Source of the DNA: Candidatus Woesearchaeota archaeon
GTDB taxonomy: Archaea > Nanobdellota > Nanobdellia > Woesearchaeales > UBA12501
Direction: 5' to 3'
Assembly: GCA_030651375.1 (NCBI GenBank)
Contig: JAUSFM010000014.1
Location: 89,630 to 153,629, forward strand
DNA length: 64,000 nucleotides
A program made the translations under genes and the position numbers. Positions 9,575-18,971 of this stretch are shown here, piece by piece. The notes under the pieces were generated by a model. The model saw only the letters and a list, made by a program, of their open reading frames with translations. It did not search any database and was not told the DNA's origin. Position 1 is the stretch's first letter. The number at the start of each line of letters is the position of its first letter.

Positions 9575-10237
9575 TCACAGCTCAATTATCTTCCCTTTCT
9601 TCCCCACATTAATTACGCGTGTCCTGCCGATTTTTTCCTCGATGCCTTCTGCCTCGTGAACGTGGCTGCAGAGCAGAATGTCCGGCTGCAGTTCTTCAAC
9701 GGCTTTGCGCACGCCCTTGCTGCCTTCGAAGAATTTGCTGAACTGCTCCATCTTGGTACCGGCAGGGTGGATGTGGGTCATCATGATTTTTTTCTTGAGG
9801 TACTTGATTTTGTCAAAGCTTTTCTTCAACAAGCCATGCGCTTCTTCTTCAGTGACTTCTTGAAACGGCCCAACATTTGTGGTGCCGCCACAACCGAAAA
9901 TGCCGACGTCCTTATAGCGAATGGAGTAGCCGTGCATGTTCTTGACATCGTCGCCGTACAGTTCAGCAAGAAAATCAACCGTTGCAATGCTTTCATGGTT
10001 GCCTGGAATGACGAGCACTTTTTTATGTTTCTTCAGGAACGGACCGATGATGTTGTCTGTGCTTTGCTCGTTGTACGTGATGTCGCCGCATAACACGACG
10101 AGGTCGACGTTTTCTTTTTCTGCCCGGTCTGCCAGTTTCTTGATGAGTGTGGTGTCGCCGTGCACATCGCCGGCAGCGAGAATTTTGAGCTTTTCATGTT
10201 CTTTTTTTTCTTCTTTTTTTTGTTCCATCAGTTTCAC
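9575..10237 (-). CDS. calcineurin-like metallophosphoesterase
   Basis: GDVHG, CGDI, PGNHE, THIHP and SHVHE motifs. Confidence 0.9.
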   Translation of the reverse strand: MKLMEQKKEEKKEHEKLKILAAGDVHGDTTLIKKLADRAEKENVDLVVLCGDITYNEQSTDNIIGPFLKKHKKVLVIPGNHESIATVDFLAELYGDDVKNMHGYSIRYKDVGIFGCGGTTNVGPFQEVTEEEAHGLLKKSFDKIKYLKKKIMMTHIHPAGTKMEQFSKFFEGSKGVRKAVEELQPDILLCSHVHEAEGIEEKIGRTRVINVGKKGKIIEL

Positions 10238-10243
10238 GAAGTG

Positions 10244-10816
10244 CTAACGCCTTTTAATACTTACGCTTTCAGCGTCAAGAAAAATGAGTGTTGAGGGCGC
10301 TGCTGTTTTTTGGCCTTCGTCGATAATGAAATCAACCGCTGCTTTGAGGTCAGGATCCACATCATCACTGCTCGTCATAAACGCTGCGCCGCTCTTGTTG
10401 ACGCTCGTCGTGACAAGAGGGATGCCGAGTTCGGCGATGACCGCACTCACCCAGTGGTTTGGAATCCGGACGCCGAGTGTCTCTTTGCCAACCGTGACGC
10501 TGTCAGCAACGCACTTTTGTTTCATGTTCATGACGAGCGTGTAGGGGCCGGGAAGTTTTGCGAGCCATTCGCGTGCAGCGGACGTGACATCGAGGTTTTC
10601 TTCAATCCAACCGAGCGACGGTGCGATGACAGAAAACGGCGCGTCTCCACGTCCTTTTAATTCGCGAATTTTTTTGACTGCGTTATGGTTGAGCGCGCTG
10701 CAACCGATGCCATAAATCGTGTCGGTTGGGTACACGAAGACTGCGCCGTCAAGGATTTTGGTAAAATACTGCTCCTTGTTCGCAAGGAACTCATCTTTGG
10801 TAATAATCAAGCTCAT
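10244..10816 (-). CDS. tsaC: threonylcarbamoyl-AMP synthase (YrdC/Sua5 domain only)
   Basis: YPTDTIYGIG, LKGR, LPGPYT, GVRIP and TTSVN motifs. Confidence 0.9.
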   Translation of the reverse strand: MSLIITKDEFLANKEQYFTKILDGAVFVYPTDTIYGIGCSALNHNAVKKIRELKGRGDAPFSVIAPSLGWIEENLDVTSAAREWLAKLPGPYTLVMNMKQKCVADSVTVGKETLGVRIPNHWVSAVIAELGIPLVTTSVNKSGAAFMTSSDDVDPDLKAAVDFIIDEGQKTAAPSTLIFLDAESVSIKRR

Positions 10817-10858
10817 AGAATAAAAGAAAAAAACAGGAGTTTTTAAACCTTCCCCTGT

Positions 10859-10978
10859 TTAATCCTCCAGCAACGCCTCCTGCGCATAGCCAAAGTCGTT
10901 GATGAAGTCAACACGCTGTTTGTAGTCCCTCCATTCAAGGAAGTCACCAAAAAAGTGCCGTTGGAGTGCCGCGAGCAT
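10859..10978 (-). CDS. 39 aa microprotein
   Basis: MLAALQRHFFGDFLEWRDYKQRVDFINDFGYAQEALLED; GGAGGTGA SD 4 nt before ATG. Confidence 0.6.
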   Translation of the reverse strand: MLAALQRHFFGDFLEWRDYKQRVDFINDFGYAQEALLED

Positions 10979-10989
10979 AGTCTCACCTC

Positions 10990-11163
10990 CTAACAGAGCG
11001 CTGCTGCCAGCCGCTCGTCCAAAAAGAGCTCGTTGTGCTGCAGGTCATGGATTGCTTCTGCAATCAGCTGGTCGTTGATGTGCACCGTTTGTTCATTTTT
11101 CCGCTGGATGAGCGGCTGGCGTCGAATCATAAATTGATGGTTTTCTTGGTCTGTTGGTTGCAT
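10990..11163 (-). CDS. 57 aa microprotein
   Basis: MQPTDQENHQFMIRRQPLIQRKNEQTVHINDQLIAEAIHDLQHNELFLDERLAAALC; GAGGTGA SD 4 nt before ATG. Confidence 0.6.
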   Translation of the reverse strand: MQPTDQENHQFMIRRQPLIQRKNEQTVHINDQLIAEAIHDLQHNELFLDERLAAALC

Positions 11164-11206
11164 GGGTTCACCTCTTTTTTTCTCTGATTTATGGCTGGGG
11201 CGGGGG

Positions 11207-11284
11207 TTATCGATTGAGCGTTTGCTGTTTGACGCACTGGAAAAACAGTTGGTTGATGCTGGTTGTTGACATTTGGTTATTCAT
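11207..11284 (-). CDS. 25 aa microprotein
   Basis: MNNQMSTTSINQLFFQCVKQQTLNR; GAGGTGA SD 5 nt before ATG; TATATAAA at about 11328-11335. Confidence 0.5.
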   Translation of the reverse strand: MNNQMSTTSINQLFFQCVKQQTLNR

Positions 11285-11465
11285 CGAAATCACCTCGTTT
11301 GCGATACCCTATTTAGAATCAGCCGGCTTTATATACCTCACGCGGGTGTTTGTCCAGTGTCCAGTGGTGGAGAATAATGCCTGCTGCCGCAAAAAATGAT
11401 GCTTATAGACAGCAATGGCACTGGACAGGCAAAGATTTAAAAAATGCCAATTTCTGCAAATGGAC

Positions 11466-11738
11466 ATGAACAAACGCCTTCATCTTATGATCCACGGTCG
11501 CGTGCAGGGCGTGTTTTTCCGGAGGTTTGTGTGCGAACAGGCACAACGCCTTGGGCTGACAGGACATGTCCGGAACACGAACAACGAAGTTGAGATTGTC
11601 GCAGAAGGCGATGAGAAGGTTCTGCAAGAACTCGTGATGGTGTGCCGAAAGGGGCCGACGGCGGCACGCGTGGATAAGATTGATGTTGAAGAAGAGAAAT
11701 GGACGGGAGAGTTTATGGGATTTGTGAGGAGGTATTGA
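11466..11738 (+). CDS. acyP: acylphosphatase
   Basis: GRVQGVFFR, GHVRN and GPTAARV motifs. Confidence 0.92.
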   Translation: MNKRLHLMIHGRVQGVFFRRFVCEQAQRLGLTGHVRNTNNEVEIVAEGDEKVLQELVMVCRKGPTAARVDKIDVEEEKWTGEFMGFVRRY

Positions 11739-11766
11739 TTAGATTAGTTGAGATAGTCACACATAA

Positions 11767-12855
11767 TTATTTAAAATCATCCAGCGTCGTCACACCTGAT
11801 GGTGAGAATGTTATCATCGTGGTGTTGCCGTCTGGTCCTCCTCCAACTTTTTGCACGTTGAGGTATTTATTTTCAGCCAGCTTGTTGATTTTGCGCTGGA
11901 ATGTTTTATACCCGCCGGCGCCGCCTTCTTCTTGGTATTTTTTGAAGATGTCGCCGATTTTCTGGCCGGAACATTTTTTTATCAGGTCGAGAATAAACCG
12001 TGACTCATCCTCTAAAGCGTCTTTTTTCTTGATGGAAAACTCTTCGAGCTTTTTGACCGCAGCAGCCATGTGCGCTGGCATGATACTTCGCGACGCTGCA
12101 TCTTCTGCTGCGTTGCCCGCTTCTTTTAACAGATATAATCCGGAGCGCACGTCGCCGAGCGTGTATGCCTTGTCCGCTGCCTGCAAAAATGCCTCTTCCT
12201 GCCAGACATCGGGCACAAAGGAGTATTTCATGCGGTCGCGCAGAATGCCAACAACTTGTTCTTTGGTGTAGGGGCGAAATTCAAGAATTTCCGCCACGAG
12301 CCGCGATTTGATGCGCTGGTCAAGCTCGGCCAGCCAGGTCTTGTGGTTTGTCACGAGAATGATGCTCTTGCGATAAATCTCTTCCAGCAGTTGGTACAAA
12401 AGGTCGGTGTCCTCTAATTTGTCAACTTCGTCGAGCACAAACACCGCTGCTTTTTTGTTGAGCAAGTCTTTGACAATTTTGAATAATTCATCCCCACGCT
12501 TGTTGTGGGTGAATTTGTATTCAAGCTTTTCGCACATTTCTAGAATTACTTTGAAGCTGGAATTTTTCTGCCAGCAGTTGATGTAGAATGGAATAACGGC
12601 GTCACAGGTTTCGTCGGTTTCTTCCAGCTCTTTCATGATGTGCCGGAGTACTACGGTCTTGCCGATGCCCGGCGGGCCGTGGATAAAGATATTTCTGCCG
12701 GTGCGCTCGGCAATCAACGGCTTGATGCACAGCGCAATCTGGCGCTGTTCTGCTTCGCGGTAGGGCACGAGTTTTGGGATGAAATCATAGTCGAGTGGAA
12801 CAGGATCGCGAAACAAGCTTTCGCCGCTTCCGAGCATATTCTTGAAAAGAGCCAT
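11767..12855 (-). CDS. cdc6: Cdc6/Orc1 replication initiation protein
   Basis: LDYDFIP..VPYRE, GPPGIGKT, YINCW, VLDEVD, RIKSRL, FRPYT and GDVR motifs. Confidence 0.92.
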   Translation of the reverse strand: MALFKNMLGSGESLFRDPVPLDYDFIPKLVPYREAEQRQIALCIKPLIAERTGRNIFIHGPPGIGKTVVLRHIMKELEETDETCDAVIPFYINCWQKNSSFKVILEMCEKLEYKFTHNKRGDELFKIVKDLLNKKAAVFVLDEVDKLEDTDLLYQLLEEIYRKSIILVTNHKTWLAELDQRIKSRLVAEILEFRPYTKEQVVGILRDRMKYSFVPDVWQEEAFLQAADKAYTLGDVRSGLYLLKEAGNAAEDAASRSIMPAHMAAAVKKLEEFSIKKKDALEDESRFILDLIKKCSGQKIGDIFKKYQEEGGAGGYKTFQRKINKLAENKYLNVQKVGGGPDGNTTMITFSPSGVTTLDDFK

Positions 12856-12955
12856 GAAAGAGGAGGATTTGATTCCTATTAAATATTTTTGTATGCCTCA
12901 CAACAATATTTATAAAGTTACTGCACTCTTTTTCTCTACAAAAAAGGGTGAAACC

Positions 12956-14131
12956 ATTCCTGATATTCCGATTCCTGAAACAGCGCTCGCATCGCCGCAG
13001 ATGTATAATCGCGTTCTCGCTGTGGTGAATGATGCAACGCACACGCTCACCACGCGGCCGCTGACAACGGTTGCCTCGCTCAAAATAGCATACGATGTGT
13101 ACGAGCGCGCAAAAGCAGCCATGGAAACCCTGCCGCACAGCAACGGAAGGGCCATTGCACAGGAACGGCTCATGTTTCTCTATCGATATATTACTGATTC
13201 GCGCCGGCTCCTGATTTCTGACGACTTCAACAACAAAACTGAGTTTATCGTCAATCTGATTGACAAAGCAACACATTGCATCGAAGAAAACAAGCCGGAT
13301 GATGCTTCACAGCTCTACAGCAAGGCGCAGGAACTGTTCTCTGCGCTGCCTGACGAGCCAACGCTGCTGCACAAGAAAGAAAACACCCGAAAGCATCTCG
13401 GAGAACTGCACGAACGAATTGTGCACCGAAAAGAAATTGAGCAGGACCAGCGGTTTTATAGAACATTCCATTCAGTCGAAATGCTGCTCGACCGGGCTTC
13501 TACACTCGCAAAAAAAGATTCGGTTGGCGCGCGAAAAACCTATGACGACGCGCTGAAAGTGTACCGCTCATTAAACGTGCCGGCAGCATTTGTCTGGAAA
13601 AAAGCAGCAGTGCGCAAGCGCATCCATGCGGTTGAAGCGCAGCTCAAGCCGAGCAAAAAAGAATTTTATGCGCCGCTGGAACACACCTTGTCTCACGAGC
13701 TGGTTGAATTGATTGCCGGCGATCATTCCCTTAAATCCCAAGCGGGATTTTCCGAAATGGTCAAACTTCTTACCGAACTTGATTCCTGTTCTGTTGCGCA
13801 CATCGGCGAGGCTCGTGAACTATTCACATCTGCGAAAAAAAAGGCAGCGTCGTTCACCGGCGACAAGCGCGCATTGAATGCCTGTTTCGCAAAAATACGC
13901 GCGCGGCTCGAGCTGTTTTCCACGTTGGAAAAAATTCAGCACGTGCGAAGCGCCGGAGAGGTTCATACGCTCCTTGCGGAAACCCAGCGGCGCTCATTGG
14001 TGTACAACCAGCGCTATCCACACGACCACGCATGTACCGACGCGGTGTACGAAGAATGCGCACTGCTTAATTCGCTCATGGAAGAAGGGGTTACTGCGGG
14101 TGAAGTGGCGCGAGCTGTTTCACATTCGTAA
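12956..14131 (+). CDS. hypothetical helical-repeat protein (start uncertain, possibly ATT)
   Basis: Long alpha-helical ORF divergent from cdc6; TATA at about 12909 and GGGTGA SD point to 12956. Confidence 0.65.
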   Translation: MPDIPIPETALASPQMYNRVLAVVNDATHTLTTRPLTTVASLKIAYDVYERAKAAMETLPHSNGRAIAQERLMFLYRYITDSRRLLISDDFNNKTEFIVNLIDKATHCIEENKPDDASQLYSKAQELFSALPDEPTLLHKKENTRKHLGELHERIVHRKEIEQDQRFYRTFHSVEMLLDRASTLAKKDSVGARKTYDDALKVYRSLNVPAAFVWKKAAVRKRIHAVEAQLKPSKKEFYAPLEHTLSHELVELIAGDHSLKSQAGFSEMVKLLTELDSCSVAHIGEARELFTSAKKKAASFTGDKRALNACFAKIRARLELFSTLEKIQHVRSAGEVHTLLAETQRRSLVYNQRYPHDHACTDAVYEECALLNSLMEEGVTAGEVARAVSHS

Positions 14132-14662
14132 TGTTTCTGGGCGTAATTGTTCTGCAGCTCTCCGGTACAATCCCACGTCTGGTTCTCTGAACATTTCTCT
14201 GCCGTGCGCCGCATGATACGCCCCAAGCGTCTGTTCCCGAAAGAGCGGCTGTCTCAAATTGCCAATCACTGTAATCATTGCTGTGTACATTGACTGGATG
14301 ACCCCTTCATAGCTTTCGCGAGTGGTGGTTGCAGTATCGGGTTGCGTTTGAAAGTGTCGAAGGTGGCCAGCAAAGTCCCCGTCAAAATACCGTGTTGCGT
14401 GCGCTGCAAAATCGCGCTGTATCCGCCAGTTGCCTTTTTCCGAAAGCACAAAACCAAGCGCTTCAGAGGGCGTTACTGCTTTTTTTTCAGCAGCCAGCCT
14501 GACACTCTCCAAAAAAATACCAGCGAGAAAAATATCATCTTGTGCACGGCCATACTGCATCGTCGCGGTGCGTAATGCTGCTTCAAACTCGTGCGCTGGC
14601 TGATATGCTGGTTCAATAAACAACGCAGCAAAATTAATTCCCGCAAGGTCGTCGAGGCTCAT
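14120..14662 (-). CDS. hypothetical protein
   Basis: 180 aa ORF with ATGA overlap to the upstream gene. Confidence 0.65.
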   Translation of the reverse strand: MSLDDLAGINFAALFIEPAYQPAHEFEAALRTATMQYGRAQDDIFLAGIFLESVRLAAEKKAVTPSEALGFVLSEKGNWRIQRDFAAHATRYFDGDFAGHLRHFQTQPDTATTTRESYEGVIQSMYTAMITVIGNLRQPLFREQTLGAYHAAHGREMFREPDVGLYRRAAEQLRPETLRM

Positions 14663-15273
14663 GGCCGCGCCTCCTGTCTTGTTAGCAAACGAGCGTATGC
14701 TTCTCGTTTTCCTTCGATGCGGTCACCGCACAGGTCGAGCCGATGATGGTGCTCGAACTGAAAGCCGCGTACAGCCAGAAGCGTCATAAGATCGGCAGTT
14801 TCTCCAAGGACACAGAGGTACGAAATTTCACCATAACTATGTATAGGTATCGTTGCGTCAGGTGAACAGCGTTGCACAACCTCGTGCCGCGCCTCTTCTT
14901 CGAGATGAGGCAAGCCAAAGATGCACCTTGTTCCAAGCTGTTCCTTGGCAAAAAGCGCGAGGCTACGAGTCTGTTCGTCAAGCAGTGTTGGTTTTTGTCC
15001 TCGTAATAATTCGGAACTGGCATACGGTACGAAAAGAAGTGCATGCGCTGGATCAGCTGCAATCGTGCTGATGCGCTCTTTCCAGAGTGCTTCAAGCAGG
15101 CGTGCATACTCGTGCCCAGGCATATCGCCAGGAAACTGTCCTTGTATAAATGCGCCAACTTTAGCATACGGAGTTCGCAAAAACTCTCCGTCGTACGGAA
15201 TCGGATTTCTCATGCCAAAAAACGGGTGTACGAGCACGTCGAGTGATTCAATTGGTGGCTGTTCGTTATTCAT
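14659..15273 (-). CDS. hypothetical protein
   Basis: 204 aa ORF overlapping the dph5 stop; VLVHPFF and YGEISYLCV segments. Confidence 0.65.
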   Translation of the reverse strand: MNNEQPPIESLDVLVHPFFGMRNPIPYDGEFLRTPYAKVGAFIQGQFPGDMPGHEYARLLEALWKERISTIAADPAHALLFVPYASSELLRGQKPTLLDEQTRSLALFAKEQLGTRCIFGLPHLEEEARHEVVQRCSPDATIPIHSYGEISYLCVLGETADLMTLLAVRGFQFEHHHRLDLCGDRIEGKREAYARLLTRQEARP

Positions 15274-16039
15274 TGTTCAGCACCTTCAGCATTTCTTCTT
15301 CCTTGAAATGGAGCGGTCCGGGAATGATGAGGCAGTGCAACGGTTTTCCAAAGTTATGCTTCATCAATTCTTCAACCGAGCCGTATTTGATAACAGCATC
15401 TTCATGTCCCATACGCGCGCATCCTACAACGAATGTTTTTTCCGTGACGATGTCTTGTTTTCGCTTTTTCTCGATGTCCAGCAGAATGTTCAGCGCGTCG
15501 TTAATTGTCATGAACCGTTCGCTTCCCTGTTCCATTTTGATATCCAGCAGGCACAGCGTGTGCGCGCCAATGGATTTGTTCTGCGCAATGACATCGTAAA
15601 AACTTTCCGGCTGGTGATTTTTTTCCGGGAATACAATGCTTGTTGTTTTGCCAAATTTGTAGAGCTCAAGGCCGGTGTTTGCCACCGCGTTGATGATGGA
15701 TACATTGTTGATAACCGTAACCGGAATATTTTTTTCCTTTGCACGCAACATAAGGTCAGTGTGCGTTGTCGCGCCAAACACATCACCCACCACAAGGAAG
15801 GCAACATCTTCTTGTTCCGCATCCTTTAGGATGGTTTCTTCTGCGTGTGACTCAACCAGCGTGCGGTCGGCGGAAATGAGCGGCTTGCCGTAGAATTGTT
15901 CAAGCACCTCTTTCGAACACCCTAATTGTGATGTATAGGTCTCAATATATAGTTTTGAACACTTTTTAACCGCTTCAAGGCCATGCAGGGTGATGTCTTT
16001 TTCTGTTCCAAGGCCGAGGCCGATGAGGTATAAAGCCAT
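15266..16039 (-). CDS. dph5: diphthine synthase
   Basis: LYLIGLGL, ETYTS, GDVFGATTH, YKFGKT, HTLCLLDI and PLHCLIIPG motifs. Confidence 0.95.
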   Translation of the reverse strand: MALYLIGLGLGTEKDITLHGLEAVKKCSKLYIETYTSQLGCSKEVLEQFYGKPLISADRTLVESHAEETILKDAEQEDVAFLVVGDVFGATTHTDLMLRAKEKNIPVTVINNVSIINAVANTGLELYKFGKTTSIVFPEKNHQPESFYDVIAQNKSIGAHTLCLLDIKMEQGSERFMTINDALNILLDIEKKRKQDIVTEKTFVVGCARMGHEDAVIKYGSVEELMKHNFGKPLHCLIIPGPLHFKEEEMLKVLNNE

Positions 16040-16377
16040 TTTAACAGAGAATTATGTGTTTCTTTTTAAACCTTTCGACATATATACTGCAACATATATG
16101 TTAGAATACAAATATATTTTTATATCTAATGTTCGTTTATAAATAGAAAAAAAGGGTTTGAGTTTTTGGCGAAACTCAAGCAACGACGAAATCGATATTG
16201 GCGAAAAACGGATTTTATCACACAAATTGGCGTTTGTGTAAAACAATTGGCGATTTCTAAAAAGAGTAGAGTACAAACTAGTATATAAAGTTTTTGCTAG
16301 CCTGTACGCTTACACGCCTCAAAAGCGAGGCATCAAACAAAAAAACAGCCTAAAAAAATAAAAAAGGGGGTAGGAAC

Positions 16378-17445
16378 ATGGACTTCCTGGTCGAAAACGC
16401 AGTACAAAAACATGAGGATGAGTTAAAACAACTCAGTGCCCAGCAGGCAAACATCAAGGTGATTGGTGTAGGCGGCGGCGGCAACAATATGGTGAACTGG
16501 CTCTACAAAAAAGGAATTAAAGGAGCCGAAATCATCGCAGTCAACACCGATGCGCAGCACCTGACGGTGACTGACGCTGACAAGAAATTCATCATCGGCA
16601 AAGACCTCACTCGAGGCCTTGGCTGCGGCGGATTTCCCCAGCGTGGCGCAGAGGCGGCAAAAGAATCAATGCAGCACATCAAGGAAGCATTGAAAGATGC
16701 TGATATGGTCTTTGTCTGTGCAGGCCTTGGCGGCGGCACTGGAACAGGGGCAGCCCCAGTCATTGCTAAAGTAGCAAAAGACAACGGTAGCATTGTTATT
16801 GGAACAACAACCATGCCGTTCAAGATTGAGCGCGCGAGAATTGACAAGGCAGAATTTGGCCTGCAGCAGCTCCGCCAGGTTTCTGACACGGTTATTGTCA
16901 TCGACAACAACCGCCTCGTGTCAATCGCCGGCAACCTGCCCGTACAACAGGCATTTGCTGTTGCAAACGAGCTCATCTCAACCATGATTAAAGGTATCGT
17001 TGAAACAATCGCGGTGCCCAGCTTGGTCAACCTCGACTACGCAGACGTCAAAACCATCATGACTGATGGCGGCGTTGCAGCAATCGGCGTCGGCGCTTCT
17101 GACACGTCAAACCGTGTTGATGAAGCAGTCCGCGGCGCATTGAGCAATCCGCTCCTCGACATCAGCTACCAAGGCGCAACTGGCGCCATCATCCACATCC
17201 ACGGCGGGCCTGACCTGACGCTGGATGAAATCAACCGCGTCGGCGAGCAAATCACCGAAGCGATGGATGCTGATGCCAACGTCATCTGGGGCGCACGCGT
17301 CACCGAAGACATGAAGGGCAAGCTGACGATAATGACCATTATCACGGGCGTTAAGTCGCCATGGATACTGGGCAAAGGCGACGGCCGCAAGAACTTCAAC
17401 GCGTCACGCGTCAATGAAGAGCTTGGGATCGAAATGGTCCGTTAA
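16378..17445 (+). CDS. ftsZ: cell division protein FtsZ
   Basis: GVGGGGNN, GLGGGTGTG tubulin signature, NLDYADV. Confidence 0.97.
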   Translation: MDFLVENAVQKHEDELKQLSAQQANIKVIGVGGGGNNMVNWLYKKGIKGAEIIAVNTDAQHLTVTDADKKFIIGKDLTRGLGCGGFPQRGAEAAKESMQHIKEALKDADMVFVCAGLGGGTGTGAAPVIAKVAKDNGSIVIGTTTMPFKIERARIDKAEFGLQQLRQVSDTVIVIDNNRLVSIAGNLPVQQAFAVANELISTMIKGIVETIAVPSLVNLDYADVKTIMTDGGVAAIGVGASDTSNRVDEAVRGALSNPLLDISYQGATGAIIHIHGGPDLTLDEINRVGEQITEAMDADANVIWGARVTEDMKGKLTIMTIITGVKSPWILGKGDGRKNFNASRVNEELGIEMVR

Positions 17446-17552
17446 TATTTTTTTCTTAGTTTTTCTTTGCCTTCATTTTTTTACCACCCCCAAACCAAAA
17501 CGATGAAGGCAGGTGGGATCCCCGGGTTCCTGGGGATTCTTTTTATTTTTTT
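17446..17552 (+). terminator. T-rich tracts plus two hairpins downstream of ftsZ
   Basis: TGCCTTCAT(17468)/ATGAAGGCA(17503) and GGATCCCCGG/CTGGGGATTC stems flanked by oligo-T. Confidence 0.5.
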
Positions 17553-17645
17553 TACAACACCTGTTAGTTCTAAGACTCAAAAAATTGACAACAACCAGAA
17601 AAAGAACGAAAAAAAGAAAATAGAAAAATAAAAGAAACAAAACAG

Positions 17646-17876
17646 TTACATATCTTCAACGCTGGTAATTTTCTTCAGCACGGGAAAGCGCGCCTTGGTG
17701 CCGCTGCCCCACGTGTGAAATTCAATCTCGCCCATAACTTCTTTGCCGCGCGCTGGCTTTCCTGAAATAAGGCGCTGTTTGTCCTTTCCTGAAAAGGCGA
17801 CACGGGACTGGCTGCCTTGCGGCGAATTTGCCATCGTCAGCCGGCCGTTGTGAAATCGCATTGTTGCTTTAACCAT
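17646..17876 (-). CDS. small basic hypothetical protein (76 aa)
   Basis: GGAGGT SD before ATG. Confidence 0.7.
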   Translation of the reverse strand: MVKATMRFHNGRLTMANSPQGSQSRVAFSGKDKQRLISGKPARGKEVMGEIEFHTWGSGTKARFPVLKKITSVEDM

Positions 17877-17920
17877 ATGAATACCTCCATTTTTACGTTT
17901 AGTTGATGTATTTTTTGATG

Positions 17921-18145
17921 TTATTCGACTAATTCAGCAAGATAATTGTACTTGGTGCTCTGGTCAGCGACGTCCAAGAATTTGAACTTGACCGGCGAAC
18001 CGGTGCTCATGCCGCGCTTCTTGAGCAACTGCCTACCGCCCTTGAGTTTTATTGGGCGGGAATGATTGAGCCCTTGACCGCGCGTCGGCACCACACCTGT
18101 TTGTTCATCATTAATTTTTCCCTTGTAAATAAGCGTTCGTGGCAT
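17921..18145 (-). CDS. small basic hypothetical protein (74 aa)
   Basis: GAGGTGA SD before MPRTLIYKG... Confidence 0.7.
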   Translation of the reverse strand: MPRTLIYKGKINDEQTGVVPTRGQGLNHSRPIKLKGGRQLLKKRGMSTGSPVKFKFLDVADQSTKYNYLAELVE

Positions 18146-18185
18146 ACTCATCACCTCTTTTTTGAATGGAATGGAGAGATTCTTT

Positions 18186-18884
18186 TTAATGTTTTCCCTT
18201 TTGCTTTTCGTCCTCTGGTTTTTTTGAAAACTTTTCTTTGAAATAGCGCATGAAGCGTTTTCCCTGCTGGCCGGCTTCTTTTTTTGCGCTTTTTGCAAAT
18301 TCTTCATACTGCAGGCTGTAATCCCACAAGATAGCGTTCATGTTTCTGAACCGGTTGCCGTAACGCTGGAGATAGACAATAGTTTCCAGCATCATGCGGG
18401 GAGGTGCAGGCACTTCTTCGTCGGCATAGCCGATGGTAAGCACGCTGATTGGTGTTGCACGCTCGGGAATGGCGAGCGCAAGCCGCATCATCATCTCGTC
18501 AAACGCGCTGACGAGGCAGCAGCCAAGCCCTTCTGCAGTTGCCTGCACCATCATGTTTTCTGCGGCGCAGGAGCAGTCCTCAATTGTGTATTTTTCACCA
18601 GCCTTGCCGTAGTACTGGATTGTTCGTTCAGGAATGCTGCAAATGACAACGTGCAGTGGCGCGGTTTCCATCCAGACCTGATTCACACAGGCACGCGCAA
18701 TTTGTTTTCTGGTTTCGTCGTCCGTGACAATGATAAACTTCCAGTCCTGGACGTTGCCAGCTGAAGGAGCGTATTCTCCGGCAGTCAGAATGTTGATAAG
18801 CTTGTCCCATTCAACAGGAAGATCCTTGTACTTGCGAATACTTCGCCGCCGCTTGATGAGCTCAAGCACCTCTTTGGGGTCCAT
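18186..18884 (-). CDS. nitroreductase family protein
   Basis: RRSIRKY, APSAGNVQDW and AAENMM..A.AEGLG motifs. Confidence 0.9.
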   Translation of the reverse strand: MDPKEVLELIKRRRSIRKYKDLPVEWDKLINILTAGEYAPSAGNVQDWKFIIVTDDETRKQIARACVNQVWMETAPLHVVICSIPERTIQYYGKAGEKYTIEDCSCAAENMMVQATAEGLGCCLVSAFDEMMMRLALAIPERATPISVLTIGYADEEVPAPPRMMLETIVYLQRYGNRFRNMNAILWDYSLQYEEFAKSAKKEAGQQGKRFMRYFKEKFSKKPEDEKQKGKH

Positions 18885-18971
18885 ACCGGTTCTTATTGAT
18901 TTTTGGTTAATAAATGTTGTGCTCTTGGTTTCGAGTAAAACTTTAAAAACAATCACCTCTCCTTACAATGT

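Noticed and set aside
12856-12955. Replication origin upstream of cdc6
   Set aside because: Only about 100 bp containing divergent promoters; no ORB repeats recognised.
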